Positions 10,147 through 19,607 of a DNA stretch of 64,000 bases are shown one piece after another; positions within the stretch are counted from its first letter, which is position 1; the number at the start of each line of letters is the position of its first letter. The notes beneath the pieces are model-generated. The model did no database searches. It was not told the DNA's origin and saw only the letters and a list, made by a program, of their open reading frames with translations. The stretch is from a virus (taxonomy: Duplodnaviria; Caudoviricetes): the IMG/VR virus record IMGVR_UViG_3300037400_004242; one strand, written 5' to 3'. The translations under genes were made by a program, and so were the position numbers.

Positions 10147-11265
10147 GTGATACCTAATTTTACTAATGCAATAGAATGGTTTTTGTTAAAAAATGATTTT
10201 GATAAATGTATTAATAAAGCCTTTCGTGATGAAATGATTATGGATATTGACAGGGAAACAGAAGAACCTGTTGAAATTATACAAAGAGATTTGTTAAATA
10301 TATTTAAAAATTTTATAAATGTTAAATATATGTATTTTTCAAAAACAGGTACGCAATCACTTTCTGTTGCATTAAAAAGCGTTGGTGTAAAAAAAGATGA
10401 TGAAGTAATTACAACTGTTTGGACTGGAATACCAACAATTAGTGCTATATATCAAATAAAAGCAAAACCTGTATTTGTAGACATAAAATCAGATACATGG
10501 AATATAGATGAAAATAAAATAGAGAAAAAGATTACTGATAAGACAAAAGCTATTGTAACGGTAGATTTGTTTGGAAATCCATGCAATTATGATAAAATAT
10601 TAGAAATTGCTAGAAAATATAATTTAAAAGTTATTGATGATATGTGTCAAGCTATGACCGCAGAATATCATGGTAAGAAACTAGGTAGTTTTTGTGATAT
10701 TGCTTGTGTTTCTTTTGGTAGTAGTAAATCTTTTGGTGGATTAGGACAAGGTGGAGCGATTTTAACAAACGATTTAAATTATTGTCAATTGTGTGATAGT
10801 ATTTTAAATCATGGTTCTAAATTGAATGAAAATAATTGTGTTCGTGTTGGAACGAATGGTTATTTAGATTATATGGAAATTATTTATTTGTATGTAAAAA
10901 CGAGAAAATTTTTAGATTCTAATTTGAATTTTAGAAATGAAATTGCTGATGTTTATAAACAAATGAAAGGGTTTACTTTTCAAAAACAAGAAAAAAATTG
11001 TAAGAGCGCATGGTATAAAATACAAGCATATACAACAAATCAAGATTGTTATAATTTAGCAAAAACCCTGTTTAATATAGATGATTTCTTTTCACAAGAT
11101 ATGTGTGATATGGATTTTGGAAAAGAATATAGAAATGAAAACAAGGTGTCAGAACAAATTTCTCATAATAGTATTAGTTTGCCAATGTACCCATTTATTA
11201 ATAAACAAGAGGTTGAAAAGTTGGTTGATAAATATAATAATTTAGCAAAGGAATATGTTCGATGA
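10147..11265 (+). CDS. DegT/DnrJ/EryC1/StrS PLP aminotransferase (copy 1)
   Basis: SKTGTQSL, PVFVDI, VDLFGNP, DDMCQA; SFGSSK retains the catalytic Lys. Confidence 0.9.
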   Translation: MIPNFTNAIEWFLLKNDFDKCINKAFRDEMIMDIDRETEEPVEIIQRDLLNIFKNFINVKYMYFSKTGTQSLSVALKSVGVKKDDEVITTVWTGIPTISAIYQIKAKPVFVDIKSDTWNIDENKIEKKITDKTKAIVTVDLFGNPCNYDKILEIARKYNLKVIDDMCQAMTAEYHGKKLGSFCDIACVSFGSSKSFGGLGQGGAILTNDLNYCQLCDSILNHGSKLNENNCVRVGTNGYLDYMEIIYLYVKTRKFLDSNLNFRNEIADVYKQMKGFTFQKQEKNCKSAWYKIQAYTTNQDCYNLAKTLFNIDDFFSQDMCDMDFGKEYRNENKVSEQISHNSISLPMYPFINKQEVEKLVDKYNNLAKEYVR

Positions 11266-12350
11266 TTAAAAATTTTGTTAGTACAATTGAATGGTTGAAA
11301 CATAAAAATTCATTCTATAAAAACATGGAAAGGTTTTATCGTGATGAATTAATTTCTAAAAATGATGTAGAACCAATATACGAGTGTGAAAAACAAATTG
11401 AAGAAGAATTTGCTAAACATGCAAATTCAAAATATTGTGTATTAATTTCTTGTGGTACAAAAGCTATAGAATTGGCATTAAAAAGTTTTGATATAAAAGA
11501 TGGAGACGAAGTAATTACAACTCCTTTGACATTTATTGCTACAGTCAATGCTATTCGATTAGTTGGTGCAAAGCCTGTATTTGTCGATGTAAAAAAAGAT
11601 ACATGGAATATAGACGAAAATAAAATAGCAGAAAAAATTACAGATAAAACAAAAGCGATTATACCTGTTGATATTTTTGGAAATCCATGCAACTACGATA
11701 AAATATTAGAAATTGCTAAAAAATATAATTTAAGAGTTATTAATGATTGTTGTCAATCGTTCCTTTCTAAATATAATAATAAGAATATTGGTGGTTTTGG
11801 TGATATTTCTTGCTTTTCTACAGGAGGTACAAAACCTTTTTGCGGAATTGGAGAAGGAGGATTTATAACCACTAATAATAAAGAAGTATATGAAAAAATA
11901 AAATCATATATTAATTATAATTATATTTATAATAATAAGTATGGTACAAATGGAACAAATGGTGAAATGGAATATTTGGAAATTGTGTATTTATATTCCA
12001 AATTAAATGAATTAGATAACATTTTATCTTGGAAAAATGAAATTGCAGATATTTATAAACAAATGAAAGGAATTATTTGGCAAAAACAAGAACCTAATGC
12101 TATTAGTGTTTGGTGTTATATGCAGGGTGTTTTTGAAAGCAACAATAATAGAAATTGTGCAAAAAAAATTTTTCAATTAGGAGATATATATAATAAAACA
12201 ATTTGTGATAATGATTTATATATAAAATATCAGAAGGAAGTTCCAATAGCAAGAAAAATAGCTTGTAATTCCATGAGCTTTCCAATATATCCTTATATGA
12301 ATAAAGATGTGTTAATAAAAGCGATTCAAGAATACAATTCTTTGTTATAA
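11262..12350 (+). CDS. DegT/DnrJ/EryC1/StrS PLP aminotransferase (copy 2)
   Basis: SCGTKAI, TFIATVNAI, DCCQS; STGGTK retains the catalytic Lys. Confidence 0.9.
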   Translation: MIKNFVSTIEWLKHKNSFYKNMERFYRDELISKNDVEPIYECEKQIEEEFAKHANSKYCVLISCGTKAIELALKSFDIKDGDEVITTPLTFIATVNAIRLVGAKPVFVDVKKDTWNIDENKIAEKITDKTKAIIPVDIFGNPCNYDKILEIAKKYNLRVINDCCQSFLSKYNNKNIGGFGDISCFSTGGTKPFCGIGEGGFITTNNKEVYEKIKSYINYNYIYNNKYGTNGTNGEMEYLEIVYLYSKLNELDNILSWKNEIADIYKQMKGIIWQKQEPNAISVWCYMQGVFESNNNRNCAKKIFQLGDIYNKTICDNDLYIKYQKEVPIARKIACNSMSFPIYPYMNKDVLIKAIQEYNSLL

Positions 12351-12369
12351 AAGTTAGGATGGAGTATAA

Positions 12370-13440
12370 ATGATAAAATATTTTTCAAATGAATTTGATT
12401 GGCTCATGACAAAACGTGAAGCATCTAAAATTATTGATGAACAAAGCAAAACTAGAGACTTTATTTGGGGAAAATCATTAGATAGTTTTAAAAATAAATT
12501 ACAAGATTTTTTAAATGTTAAATATGTTGTTTTATCTAAATCAGGAACACAAGCATTGGCAGTTGCATTGAAATGTTATGGAATTGGTGAAGGTGATAAA
12601 GTAATTACAACTCCTTTAACATTTATTGCTACGGTTAATGCAATTCGTTTAGTAGGAGCAGAACCAGTTTTTGTAGATGTAAAAAACGATACATGGAATA
12701 TAGATGAAAATAAAATAGAAGAAAAAATAGACGATACTGTAAAAGCTATTATACCTGTTGATATTTTTGGTAATCCATGTAACTATGAAAAGATTAATGA
12801 AATAGCAAAAAAATACAATATCCCTGTAATTGATGATATGTGTCAAGCGATGACATCAATGTATCATAATAAAAAACTTGGTAATATTTGTGATGTATCG
12901 TGTACTTCTTTTTATCCAACGAAGCCTTTTGGTGGTTTTGGTGAAGGTGGAGCTTTATTTACAAATGATGAAAATGTATATGAACTAGCAAAATCTATTT
13001 TAGACCATGGTTCCGATGATAATGATAATTGTATTAGAGTTGGAACTAATGGTGGATTTGATATGCTTCATGGTGTGTTTTTGGATGTAAAAGCAAAATA
13101 TTTGCCAACTATTTTAGAAAAACGAAACATAATTGCAAATATCTATAAACAAATGAAAAATGTTACTTGGCAACAACAAGAAACAAATGCTATAAGTGCA
13201 TGGGCAAGAATGCAAGGTATTGTAACAGATGAAAAATCAAAAGAAATTATTCATCAATTATTTGAAATAGATGATTTGTATTCTAAAGATGTATGTGATA
13301 ATACATTGTATCAGCAATATCGTAAAGATACTCCGAATTCTGAGTTTATTACACATAATTCTTTAAGTTTTCCAATGTATACATATATGAATATAAAAGA
13401 ATTACAAAATACAGTAAATGAGTATAATTCGTTAGCGTAA
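12370..13440 (+). CDS. DegT/DnrJ/EryC1/StrS PLP aminotransferase (copy 3)
   Basis: SGTQAL, TFIATVNAI, DDMCQA, canonical SFYPTKPFGGFGEGG. Confidence 0.92.
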   Translation: MIKYFSNEFDWLMTKREASKIIDEQSKTRDFIWGKSLDSFKNKLQDFLNVKYVVLSKSGTQALAVALKCYGIGEGDKVITTPLTFIATVNAIRLVGAEPVFVDVKNDTWNIDENKIEEKIDDTVKAIIPVDIFGNPCNYEKINEIAKKYNIPVIDDMCQAMTSMYHNKKLGNICDVSCTSFYPTKPFGGFGEGGALFTNDENVYELAKSILDHGSDDNDNCIRVGTNGGFDMLHGVFLDVKAKYLPTILEKRNIIANIYKQMKNVTWQQQETNAISAWARMQGIVTDEKSKEIIHQLFEIDDLYSKDVCDNTLYQQYRKDTPNSEFITHNSLSFPMYTYMNIKELQNTVNEYNSLA

Positions 13441-13617
13441 ATTTATATAATTTTTAGATAAATTAAAAAAAGGAAATAATATTATTGTTGCTAAAATGAA
13501 AAAAATGCAGAAGACGAAAAAGAAAAGTTTTCCTGATGCAGATGAACGTGATTTGTCATTAAAATATGTTGGAACTAAATAAATTTAACAAATAATAATA
13601 ATGTAAATATATATTTA

Positions 13618-13654
13618 ACAGGTAGTAAAACAAAAATACTATCTGTTATTTTTT
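13618..13654 (+). terminator. Probable intrinsic terminator after the sugar-modification cluster
   Basis: ACAGGTAGTA...TACTATCTGT hairpin followed by a T-run. Confidence 0.5.
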
Positions 13655-13726
13655 ATACAAATTTTTTAAATTATGGTTATAAAAAGAAATCAATGGTATA
13701 TTTTTAGTATGAATAAGTCGAAAAAA

Positions 13727-13842
13727 GAAGTGTGTCTGTGTCAGATAAAACAAACTTTTATATTTTTTCTCATTTTATGAGATATTTGATTACAGCAATT
13801 ATCACGTTTTATTGACAAAACACACTCTTATAATATTATAAT
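13727..13842 (+). promoter_or_regulatory. Structured leader / promoter region of the capsid operon
   Basis: Interrupted inverted repeat AGTGTGT..TGTCA.ATAAAAC / GTTTTAT TGACA..ACACACT; TTGACA at 13812 with TATAAT-like boxes downstream. Confidence 0.45.
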
Positions 13843-13873
13843 ATAATGACACATTATTGGAGGTGTTTCTTCA

Positions 13874-14392
13874 ATGGCAATGAATAATGCAGGTGGACAT
13901 TTTGTGTTTGGACCTACTTTTAACTCCACACAGTACGTCCGTGCGGCTATTGAGGGTGTTATCAACGGTTTCTATGACGTTGATGCAGAAAAGGCTAAGG
14001 CTGTTGACGGTAAGTTGGCAGGTCACTTTGCGGCTATTTCTACAGATGGTAAGGTTACTCTTGCAGGTGCAAAGGGTGAAGGTGCTGTAGGTCTTATCCG
14101 TGAAGATTTGAAGGATATGATTAATGCAAGCGGTAAGGCTTCATTCTATATGCTTGGCATGGGTGGCGAATATCACGTTGCTGAGGAACGTCTTGGCAAG
14201 CCAATTACAGATTTTGCAGTTGGTAAGGATATTACTACAGATGCTAATGGTGCTATCGTTCCTGCCGCCGCTGGTGATAAGGTTCTTGGCACAGTCGTTT
14301 CCGTTGGTGAGTTCCGTCAGGGCAACATGTATGAGTGGGCTGGTACAGCAGCTAACGGTGGTTTGTTCCTCGGTTTCATCATGCATAGCTAA
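13874..14392 (+). CDS. Capsid decoration / cement protein
   Basis: Gly/Ala-rich beta protein directly upstream of the MCP; GGAGG RBS; highly expressed-type codon bias. Confidence 0.65.
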   Translation: MAMNNAGGHFVFGPTFNSTQYVRAAIEGVINGFYDVDAEKAKAVDGKLAGHFAAISTDGKVTLAGAKGEGAVGLIREDLKDMINASGKASFYMLGMGGEYHVAEERLGKPITDFAVGKDITTDANGAIVPAAAGDKVLGTVVSVGEFRQGNMYEWAGTAANGGLFLGFIMHS

Positions 14393-14411
14393 TTTGGAGG
14401 TTTGAATAATT

Positions 14412-15251
14412 ATGACACAAGAAGAAAAAGAATATTTAATCTCCAATGCTCTTGAAACAAGTGAGGGACGTGCCGCACTTGCTAGTGCTATGGCAAACCC
14501 AATTCGTACATCCCTTGATTATCAGGGTATTGGACGTAAGTTACTCGTTGTTGACCCACTTCCACAGGGCGCACTTCCTGTCTACGACCGCGATGTTGAC
14601 GCTAAGGCGTTTGTCGTTTCTAAGCGTGGTCAGGCTCCAGACCAGCTCGTTGAGGGTGAACGTATCCAGGTTCCAACCTTCGAGGTTGTTGCATATCCAC
14701 AGGTTCGTTTCTCCCAGATTAAGGAACGTCGTTTCAACATCATCGACCGTGCTCAACAGCGTGCTAAGTCAGACATTATGGCTGTAGAAGATGAGACATG
14801 CTTCTCACTTCTTGATGCCGCCGCCGCTTCTGTCAACCCAGTAACGGTTTCTGCTGGCGGTCTTACTCGTGATGCTCTCGCAACGGCTTTCCGTGAGATT
14901 GAAAAGCATGACCTTGCTGTTACGAAGATTGTTATGAATGCACAGGCTTTCGCTGATATTCGTAAGTGGGGACAGAATGAGTTCGACCCAGTAACACAGC
15001 ACGAAGTTCTCCAGACGGGTACATTTGGTCATTTGTGGACTGCTGAGATTCTTATCTCCAAGAAGGTTCCACTCAATACAGTTTATGTACTTGCTGACCC
15101 AGAATTTGTTGGTGTTATGCCAATTCGTCAGGATATCCAAGTCATTCCAGCCGATATTCCTGAAAGACTTCGTATTGGTTGGGTTGTTTATGAAGAAATC
15201 GGTATGTCTGTTGTTAACGGTATGTCCGTTGCAAAGATTACGATTAACTAA
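14412..15251 (+). CDS. Major capsid protein (HK97 fold)
   Basis: GRAALASAMANPIRTSLDYQGIGRKLLVVDPLPQGALPVYDRD, typical of short MCPs of large myophage-like viruses; strongest codon bias in the window; followed by a terminator. Confidence 0.85.
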   Translation: MTQEEKEYLISNALETSEGRAALASAMANPIRTSLDYQGIGRKLLVVDPLPQGALPVYDRDVDAKAFVVSKRGQAPDQLVEGERIQVPTFEVVAYPQVRFSQIKERRFNIIDRAQQRAKSDIMAVEDETCFSLLDAAAASVNPVTVSAGGLTRDALATAFREIEKHDLAVTKIVMNAQAFADIRKWGQNEFDPVTQHEVLQTGTFGHLWTAEILISKKVPLNTVYVLADPEFVGVMPIRQDIQVIPADIPERLRIGWVVYEEIGMSVVNGMSVAKITIN

Positions 15252-15281
15252 TTTTAACAACTACTTAAATTTCGATATATT

Positions 15282-15314
15282 AAAAAAGAGACACTTGATT
15301 GTGTCTCTTTTTTT
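15282..15314 (+). terminator. Intrinsic terminator after the MCP gene
   Basis: AAAAAAGAGACAC-ttgatt-GTGTCTCTTTTTTT. Confidence 0.85.
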
Positions 15315-15338
15315 GTTTTATGGTATAATATATATTGG

Positions 15339-16205
15339 GTGATGAATATGTTTCTATCCAATACTGTACCTGTAAAATGGAATGGAAAAAATAAACAATA
15401 TTATATTTCTAAAGGTTATGTTTTTACAAAAATTGCAGATACTTTTCAATGTAAAATACAAGATTTATCAAAAGGAAGTCGCGCAATCGTTATATTAAAA
15501 TGCGATAACTGTGGGAAAGAATTTCAAAAACCTTATGGAAATTTAAGAGATAAAACAAAACATTATTGTAAAGAATGTAGGATTACAATGATGAAACGCA
15601 CTATTAAAGAAAAATATAATGTTTCGTGTGTATCAAAATTAAAAAGAGTTCAAGATAAAATAAAGAAAACAAATTTAGAAAGGTATGGCTGTGAACATCC
15701 TATGCAAAACAAAGATGTATTAAAGAAACAACAAATGACAAACAAAAAACGTTATGGGCATATCACTCCATTGTTAAACACACAAGTTAATCCACATATT
15801 TATCAAAAATTTTCATATATGCAAAAACATATTTGTGAATTAGTCTACGGAACGCTAAATTATTATGAACATGGATTTTATATTGATGTAGCTTTAGTAA
15901 AAGAACATATTGCTATTGAATATGATGGTGGTGGGCATGATTTATCTATAAAACTTCATGCTTGTACACCTGAGCAATTTCAAAAAAAAGAAATTCAAAG
16001 AACAGAAATATTGCAAAGAAGCGGGTGGAAACTTATTCGTATTATTAATAAAAAAGATTTGCAAATTGAAAACGCATTATTGCGTTTGTTTATTAATTAT
16101 TCTAAAATGTATTTAAATAAAGGCCATCATTGGATTCATGTAGATTTTGATAAGCATGAAGTTCGTACATCGCAATTTACAAAAAGTTTTGGGGAGTTGG
16201 AATGA
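15339..16205 (+). CDS. Putative homing endonuclease (Zn ribbon, TNLERYG repeats, PD-(D/E)XK/Vsr-like domain)
   Basis: CDNC/CKEC, KTNLERYG repeats, IDVA..IAIEYDGGGH, GWKLIRI. Confidence 0.7.
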   Translation: MMNMFLSNTVPVKWNGKNKQYYISKGYVFTKIADTFQCKIQDLSKGSRAIVILKCDNCGKEFQKPYGNLRDKTKHYCKECRITMMKRTIKEKYNVSCVSKLKRVQDKIKKTNLERYGCEHPMQNKDVLKKQQMTNKKRYGHITPLLNTQVNPHIYQKFSYMQKHICELVYGTLNYYEHGFYIDVALVKEHIAIEYDGGGHDLSIKLHACTPEQFQKKEIQRTEILQRSGWKLIRIINKKDLQIENALLRLFINYSKMYLNKGHHWIHVDFDKHEVRTSQFTKSFGELE

Positions 16206-17570
16206 TACTTACAAAATTTGTGAAATTGAAATGGAATAGGAATAATAAAAAATTTTATACTTTAAAAGGATATAAATTTACAAACTATGGAGATGAATTT
16301 TTAGTTCATATAAAAGATTTATCAAAAGGAAGTTCTGCAATTGTTCAAGTACAATGTGAATATTGTAAAAAGATATATGATGTAAAATATTGTAATTATC
16401 AAAAAGTAGAAAAATACTGTTGTCATCAATGTTCTAAGAAAAAAGAACAAGAGACAAATTTAAAAAAAATATCATTGTAAAAATCCAATGCAAAATGATA
16501 CAGTTAAACAGAAAATGTATCAAACAAATCTAAAAAAATATGGAAACAAATGTTCTTTACGAAATGAAAATGTTCAATTGAAAGTAAAACATTTAAAAGA
16601 ATGTCCATTATGTCATAAAACATATAAACTTTTATCTTTGCATATTAAAAATTCTCATAACGAATTTTATAAAGAACAAGTAGGACTAATTCAAAAACAA
16701 ATAAATAATTTAGACATAAATAAAAATACAGACTTAACAAAATATAACATTTATTTAAGTTATTGTGTTTGTTGTAGAATATGGAAAGAATTTGATAAAA
16801 CATTATATGATAAAAGAGTAAAGAACTTAACATCAAAAAACATTTCAAAAGCAAAAAAAGGAATGAAAATGTCAGATGAATGGAAACAACATCTATCTGA
16901 AGCACATAAAGGACAAAAAGCATGGAATTGCGGATTAGATATGTCTGATAAACGTGTATATGATAATATTATGAAACGAAATCATACAATTGCAGAACAA
17001 AATAAATTAAAATATAAAACTGGAGAAATGGTTGCTTGGAAAACAGGATTAACAAATGAAAATTCTGAAAAAGTAAGAAAAATATCAGAAAAAACATCGA
17101 AAACAATGGCACAAAAAGAACAATATAATAGTAGAGGAATTGCAGGAATACGACCCGATTTAGGTTTCTTTTGTGCATCAACATATGAAGCAAACATTTA
17201 TCGTATATATCAATATTACAATAAAAAAGATGGAATTGATTATAAAAGAGAATATAACAATATTTTTCCTGTTCATATTCAAGGACAAATACATTATTAT
17301 AGAATAGATATTCAAGATGCATGTGGGCTATTTGGAAACAAAAACCAATACATTGAAGTTAAAGGATATATGAACGAAGAATCAATTGAAAAAATTAATG
17401 CATTTCGTAAAGAATATCCAAATTATAAATTAATCGTTATTGGTGGTAAGGATACAAATCCTGATATTGATTATTTTCAGTTGCAAGAAAAATACCAACC
17501 TTTAATTCCATTGTGGGAAACAAAAAAGAAAAATATACGTGTAACTCCGTGGTTATACAACAAAATTTAA
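16202..17570 (+). pseudogene. Frameshifted putative homing endonuclease (ORFs 16202-16480 and 16488-17570)
   Basis: N-terminus paralogous to the 15339 ORF. Removing one A from the A8 run at about 16462-16469 gives ETNLKKYHCKNPMQN in frame. C-terminal YRIDI...YIEVKGYM nuclease motif. Confidence 0.65.
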
Positions 17571-17610
17571 TATATGTATTATATAATTAACCCTAGGGGG
17601 AGGAGTTTGT

Positions 17611-19296
17611 ATGTTAAAAAGACATGAAGTTAGCGGACAAAAACAATTAAATATGGATGTTTACCAAGCGTTTCAAAAACGTATGGATTTTGTCGTGAAA
17701 GAATTTGATGTCATTAGTATTTCATTTTCAGGTGGTAAAGATAGTGGTGTTCTTTTGAATTTGGTTATGGACTATTTAAAAGAGCATAATATTAATGATA
17801 AAAAAGTATGTATTTTCCATCAAGACATGGAATGTCAATATCAAGCGACTTCTGACTACGTAGAAGAAACGTTTAAAGAATTTGCAGATAAAGCAGAATG
17901 TTATTGGTTTTGTCAGCCGATTGAATCAAGAAATGCATTGAGTATGTTTCAACATTATTGGTATCCGTGGGATGACGAATGTCCTGAAAAATGGACTAGA
18001 CCAATGCCCAATTATCCATATGTATACACATTGAAAAATAATCCATTTTCTTTATATGAATATAAAATGGAATATCATGAACATGCAGAAAAATTTGAAA
18101 TTTGGTTAAAACAAAAATATGGTGGAAGAGTAATTTCTCTTACAGGTATGCGTGCAAGTGAATCCTTAAATCGTTATCGTGCAGTTATAAATAAAGTGTG
18201 TTGTTATAAAGGTAAAAAATGGACGAAAGAAATTGATAAGGACGTTTATGTAGCATATCCAATTTATGATTGGACAGTCAATGATATATGGATAGCAAAT
18301 GCTAAATTTGGATATAAATATAATCATTTATATGATTTGTTTTATAAAGCAGGAGTTCCATTAACACAGATGCGTGTTGCTTCTCCTTTTCATGATGATG
18401 CCAAAAATGATTTAAATATGTATCGTGTAATTGACCCACAAATTTGGTCAAAACTTCTTTGTCGTGTAGAAGGTGTTAACTTCGCGGCAATTTATGGAAG
18501 AACAAAAGCGATGGGATGGAATAAAGTTACCATGCCAAAAGGTAAAACGTGGAAAGAATATAATAAATTTATTATTTTAACATTACCTGCGGAAACACGT
18601 CAAAATTATGTAGATAAATTTAATTTTTCTATTCAATTTTGGTTAACAAAAGGCTCAGGATTAAGTCAAGATATTATTCAAAAATTATATGATACTACTT
18701 GTTTGATAACAAATACATCATTTATGAATAAAGACGAAATTAATAATATAGACTATAGCATCACGAAAAATGAAAATGGAGAATATACTTTAAATTTCCC
18801 AAGTAATTTTAAAGATAATATTTTTCATTATACGTTCTTTGATAACGTAAAAGTAAGGGCAAAAGGAATTTTAAAAGATTTAAAAGGGGAACCGATTCAT
18901 CGTATTAATGCATTAGGAGAAGAAATAGAGGACGAATATCTTCCAGATATTTATGGAGAATACGAATATGTGTTAGATAAAAATAGCAGAATTTATACTG
19001 TGGAACAAGGAATTAAAGATTCAAAAACAGAAGAAGAAAAAGCGTTATATGATGAAAAAAACAAAGATGATGTTTGCCCAAAAATTTCACATTTTGGAAA
19101 ACATATGAACTTCCAGGTTATTTGTTCTATGATTGCTGATGAAACAGATGTATTGCAGGAGACACAAGCAGTAGCTTCATGGAAACGAATGACAATTTGT
19201 TTGCTAAAAAACGATTATCTTTGCAAATACATGGGTTTTGGATTAACAAAAGAACAACAGAAAAAAGTTAATTATATTAAAAATATGAGTAAATAA
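17611..19296 (+). CDS. PAPS reductase-family / DUF3440 protein (IbrA/YbdN-like)
   Basis: ISFSGGKDSG PP-loop, GMRASESLNRY, YPIYDW, MRVASPFH, RVEGVNF, SWKRM..CLLKNDYLCKYMGFG. Confidence 0.85.
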   Translation: MLKRHEVSGQKQLNMDVYQAFQKRMDFVVKEFDVISISFSGGKDSGVLLNLVMDYLKEHNINDKKVCIFHQDMECQYQATSDYVEETFKEFADKAECYWFCQPIESRNALSMFQHYWYPWDDECPEKWTRPMPNYPYVYTLKNNPFSLYEYKMEYHEHAEKFEIWLKQKYGGRVISLTGMRASESLNRYRAVINKVCCYKGKKWTKEIDKDVYVAYPIYDWTVNDIWIANAKFGYKYNHLYDLFYKAGVPLTQMRVASPFHDDAKNDLNMYRVIDPQIWSKLLCRVEGVNFAAIYGRTKAMGWNKVTMPKGKTWKEYNKFIILTLPAETRQNYVDKFNFSIQFWLTKGSGLSQDIIQKLYDTTCLITNTSFMNKDEINNIDYSITKNENGEYTLNFPSNFKDNIFHYTFFDNVKVRAKGILKDLKGEPIHRINALGEEIEDEYLPDIYGEYEYVLDKNSRIYTVEQGIKDSKTEEEKALYDEKNKDDVCPKISHFGKHMNFQVICSMIADETDVLQETQAVASWKRMTICLLKNDYLCKYMGFGLTKEQQKKVNYIKNMSK

Positions 19297-19333
19297 AAAA
19301 AGATACGTACACAAAAATGTACGTATCTTTTTT
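19295..19333. terminator. Bidirectional intrinsic terminator
   Basis: AAAAAAGATACGTACA-caaaaa-TGTACGTATCTTTTTT. Confidence 0.8.
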
Positions 19334-19341
19334 ATGCAAGC

Positions 19342-19536
19342 AAAAAGAGCAACATCAAACGGAAGAAAAATGTTGCTCTTGCAGAGAAAAGGAGAAATAA
19401 GCGAGTATGCCAAGAATCACTACTGGAAGAACGCTTTTTTATGAGAGATATGAACAGGAGGAATTATGATGAGAAAGCAAATATTTTTAGGAATATTTGT
19501 GTTTGAAAACTGTTTAAATCTCTCTATCTCGCTTAC
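19342..19536 (-). ncRNA. Candidate structured antisense small RNA (~195 nt)
   Basis: Perfect minus-strand promoter upstream; closing stem GTAAGCGAG/CTCGCTTAT and internal stems; CU-rich anti-SD segments; own terminator AAGAGCAACAT/ATGTTGCTCTT plus T-run. Confidence 0.6.
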
Positions 19537-19585
19537 ATGTTTATTATACTATGTAGTGGTAATTTTGTCAATCACTTTTTATTGA
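19466..19585 (+). CDS. Possible 39-aa hydrophobic peptide, antisense to the candidate sRNA
   Basis: AGGAGG RBS followed by MMRKQIFLGIFVFENCLNLSISLTCLLYYVVVILSITFY; may be non-coding. Confidence 0.25.
   Translation: MMRKQIFLGIFVFENCLNLSISLTCLLYYVVVILSITFY
19543..19571 (-). promoter_or_regulatory. Consensus sigmaA/sigma70 promoter
   Basis: Minus strand reads TTGACA-17 nt-TATAAT. Confidence 0.8.
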
Positions 19586-19607
19586 AAAATTTGATATATG
19601 ATATAAT

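Noticed and set aside
6700-13440. Host chromosomal capsule/LPS locus (contig not phage, or chimeric)
   Set aside because: The genes abut phage head genes, no flippase, polymerase or export genes are present, and paralogous cassettes recur elsewhere in the window.
13496-13582. 28-codon ORF MKKMQKTKKKSFPDADERDLSLKYVGTK
   Set aside because: No well-spaced RBS and too short to support.
13887-15342. Several alternate-frame and antisense ORFs over the capsid genes
   Set aside because: These are by-products of strong codon bias; they lack RBSs and recognisable motifs.
18690-19130. Intein in the IbrA-like gene (CLITNT resembles an intein start)
   Set aside because: No C-terminal HN-C/S/T splice junction and no block B or LAGLIDADG motifs.
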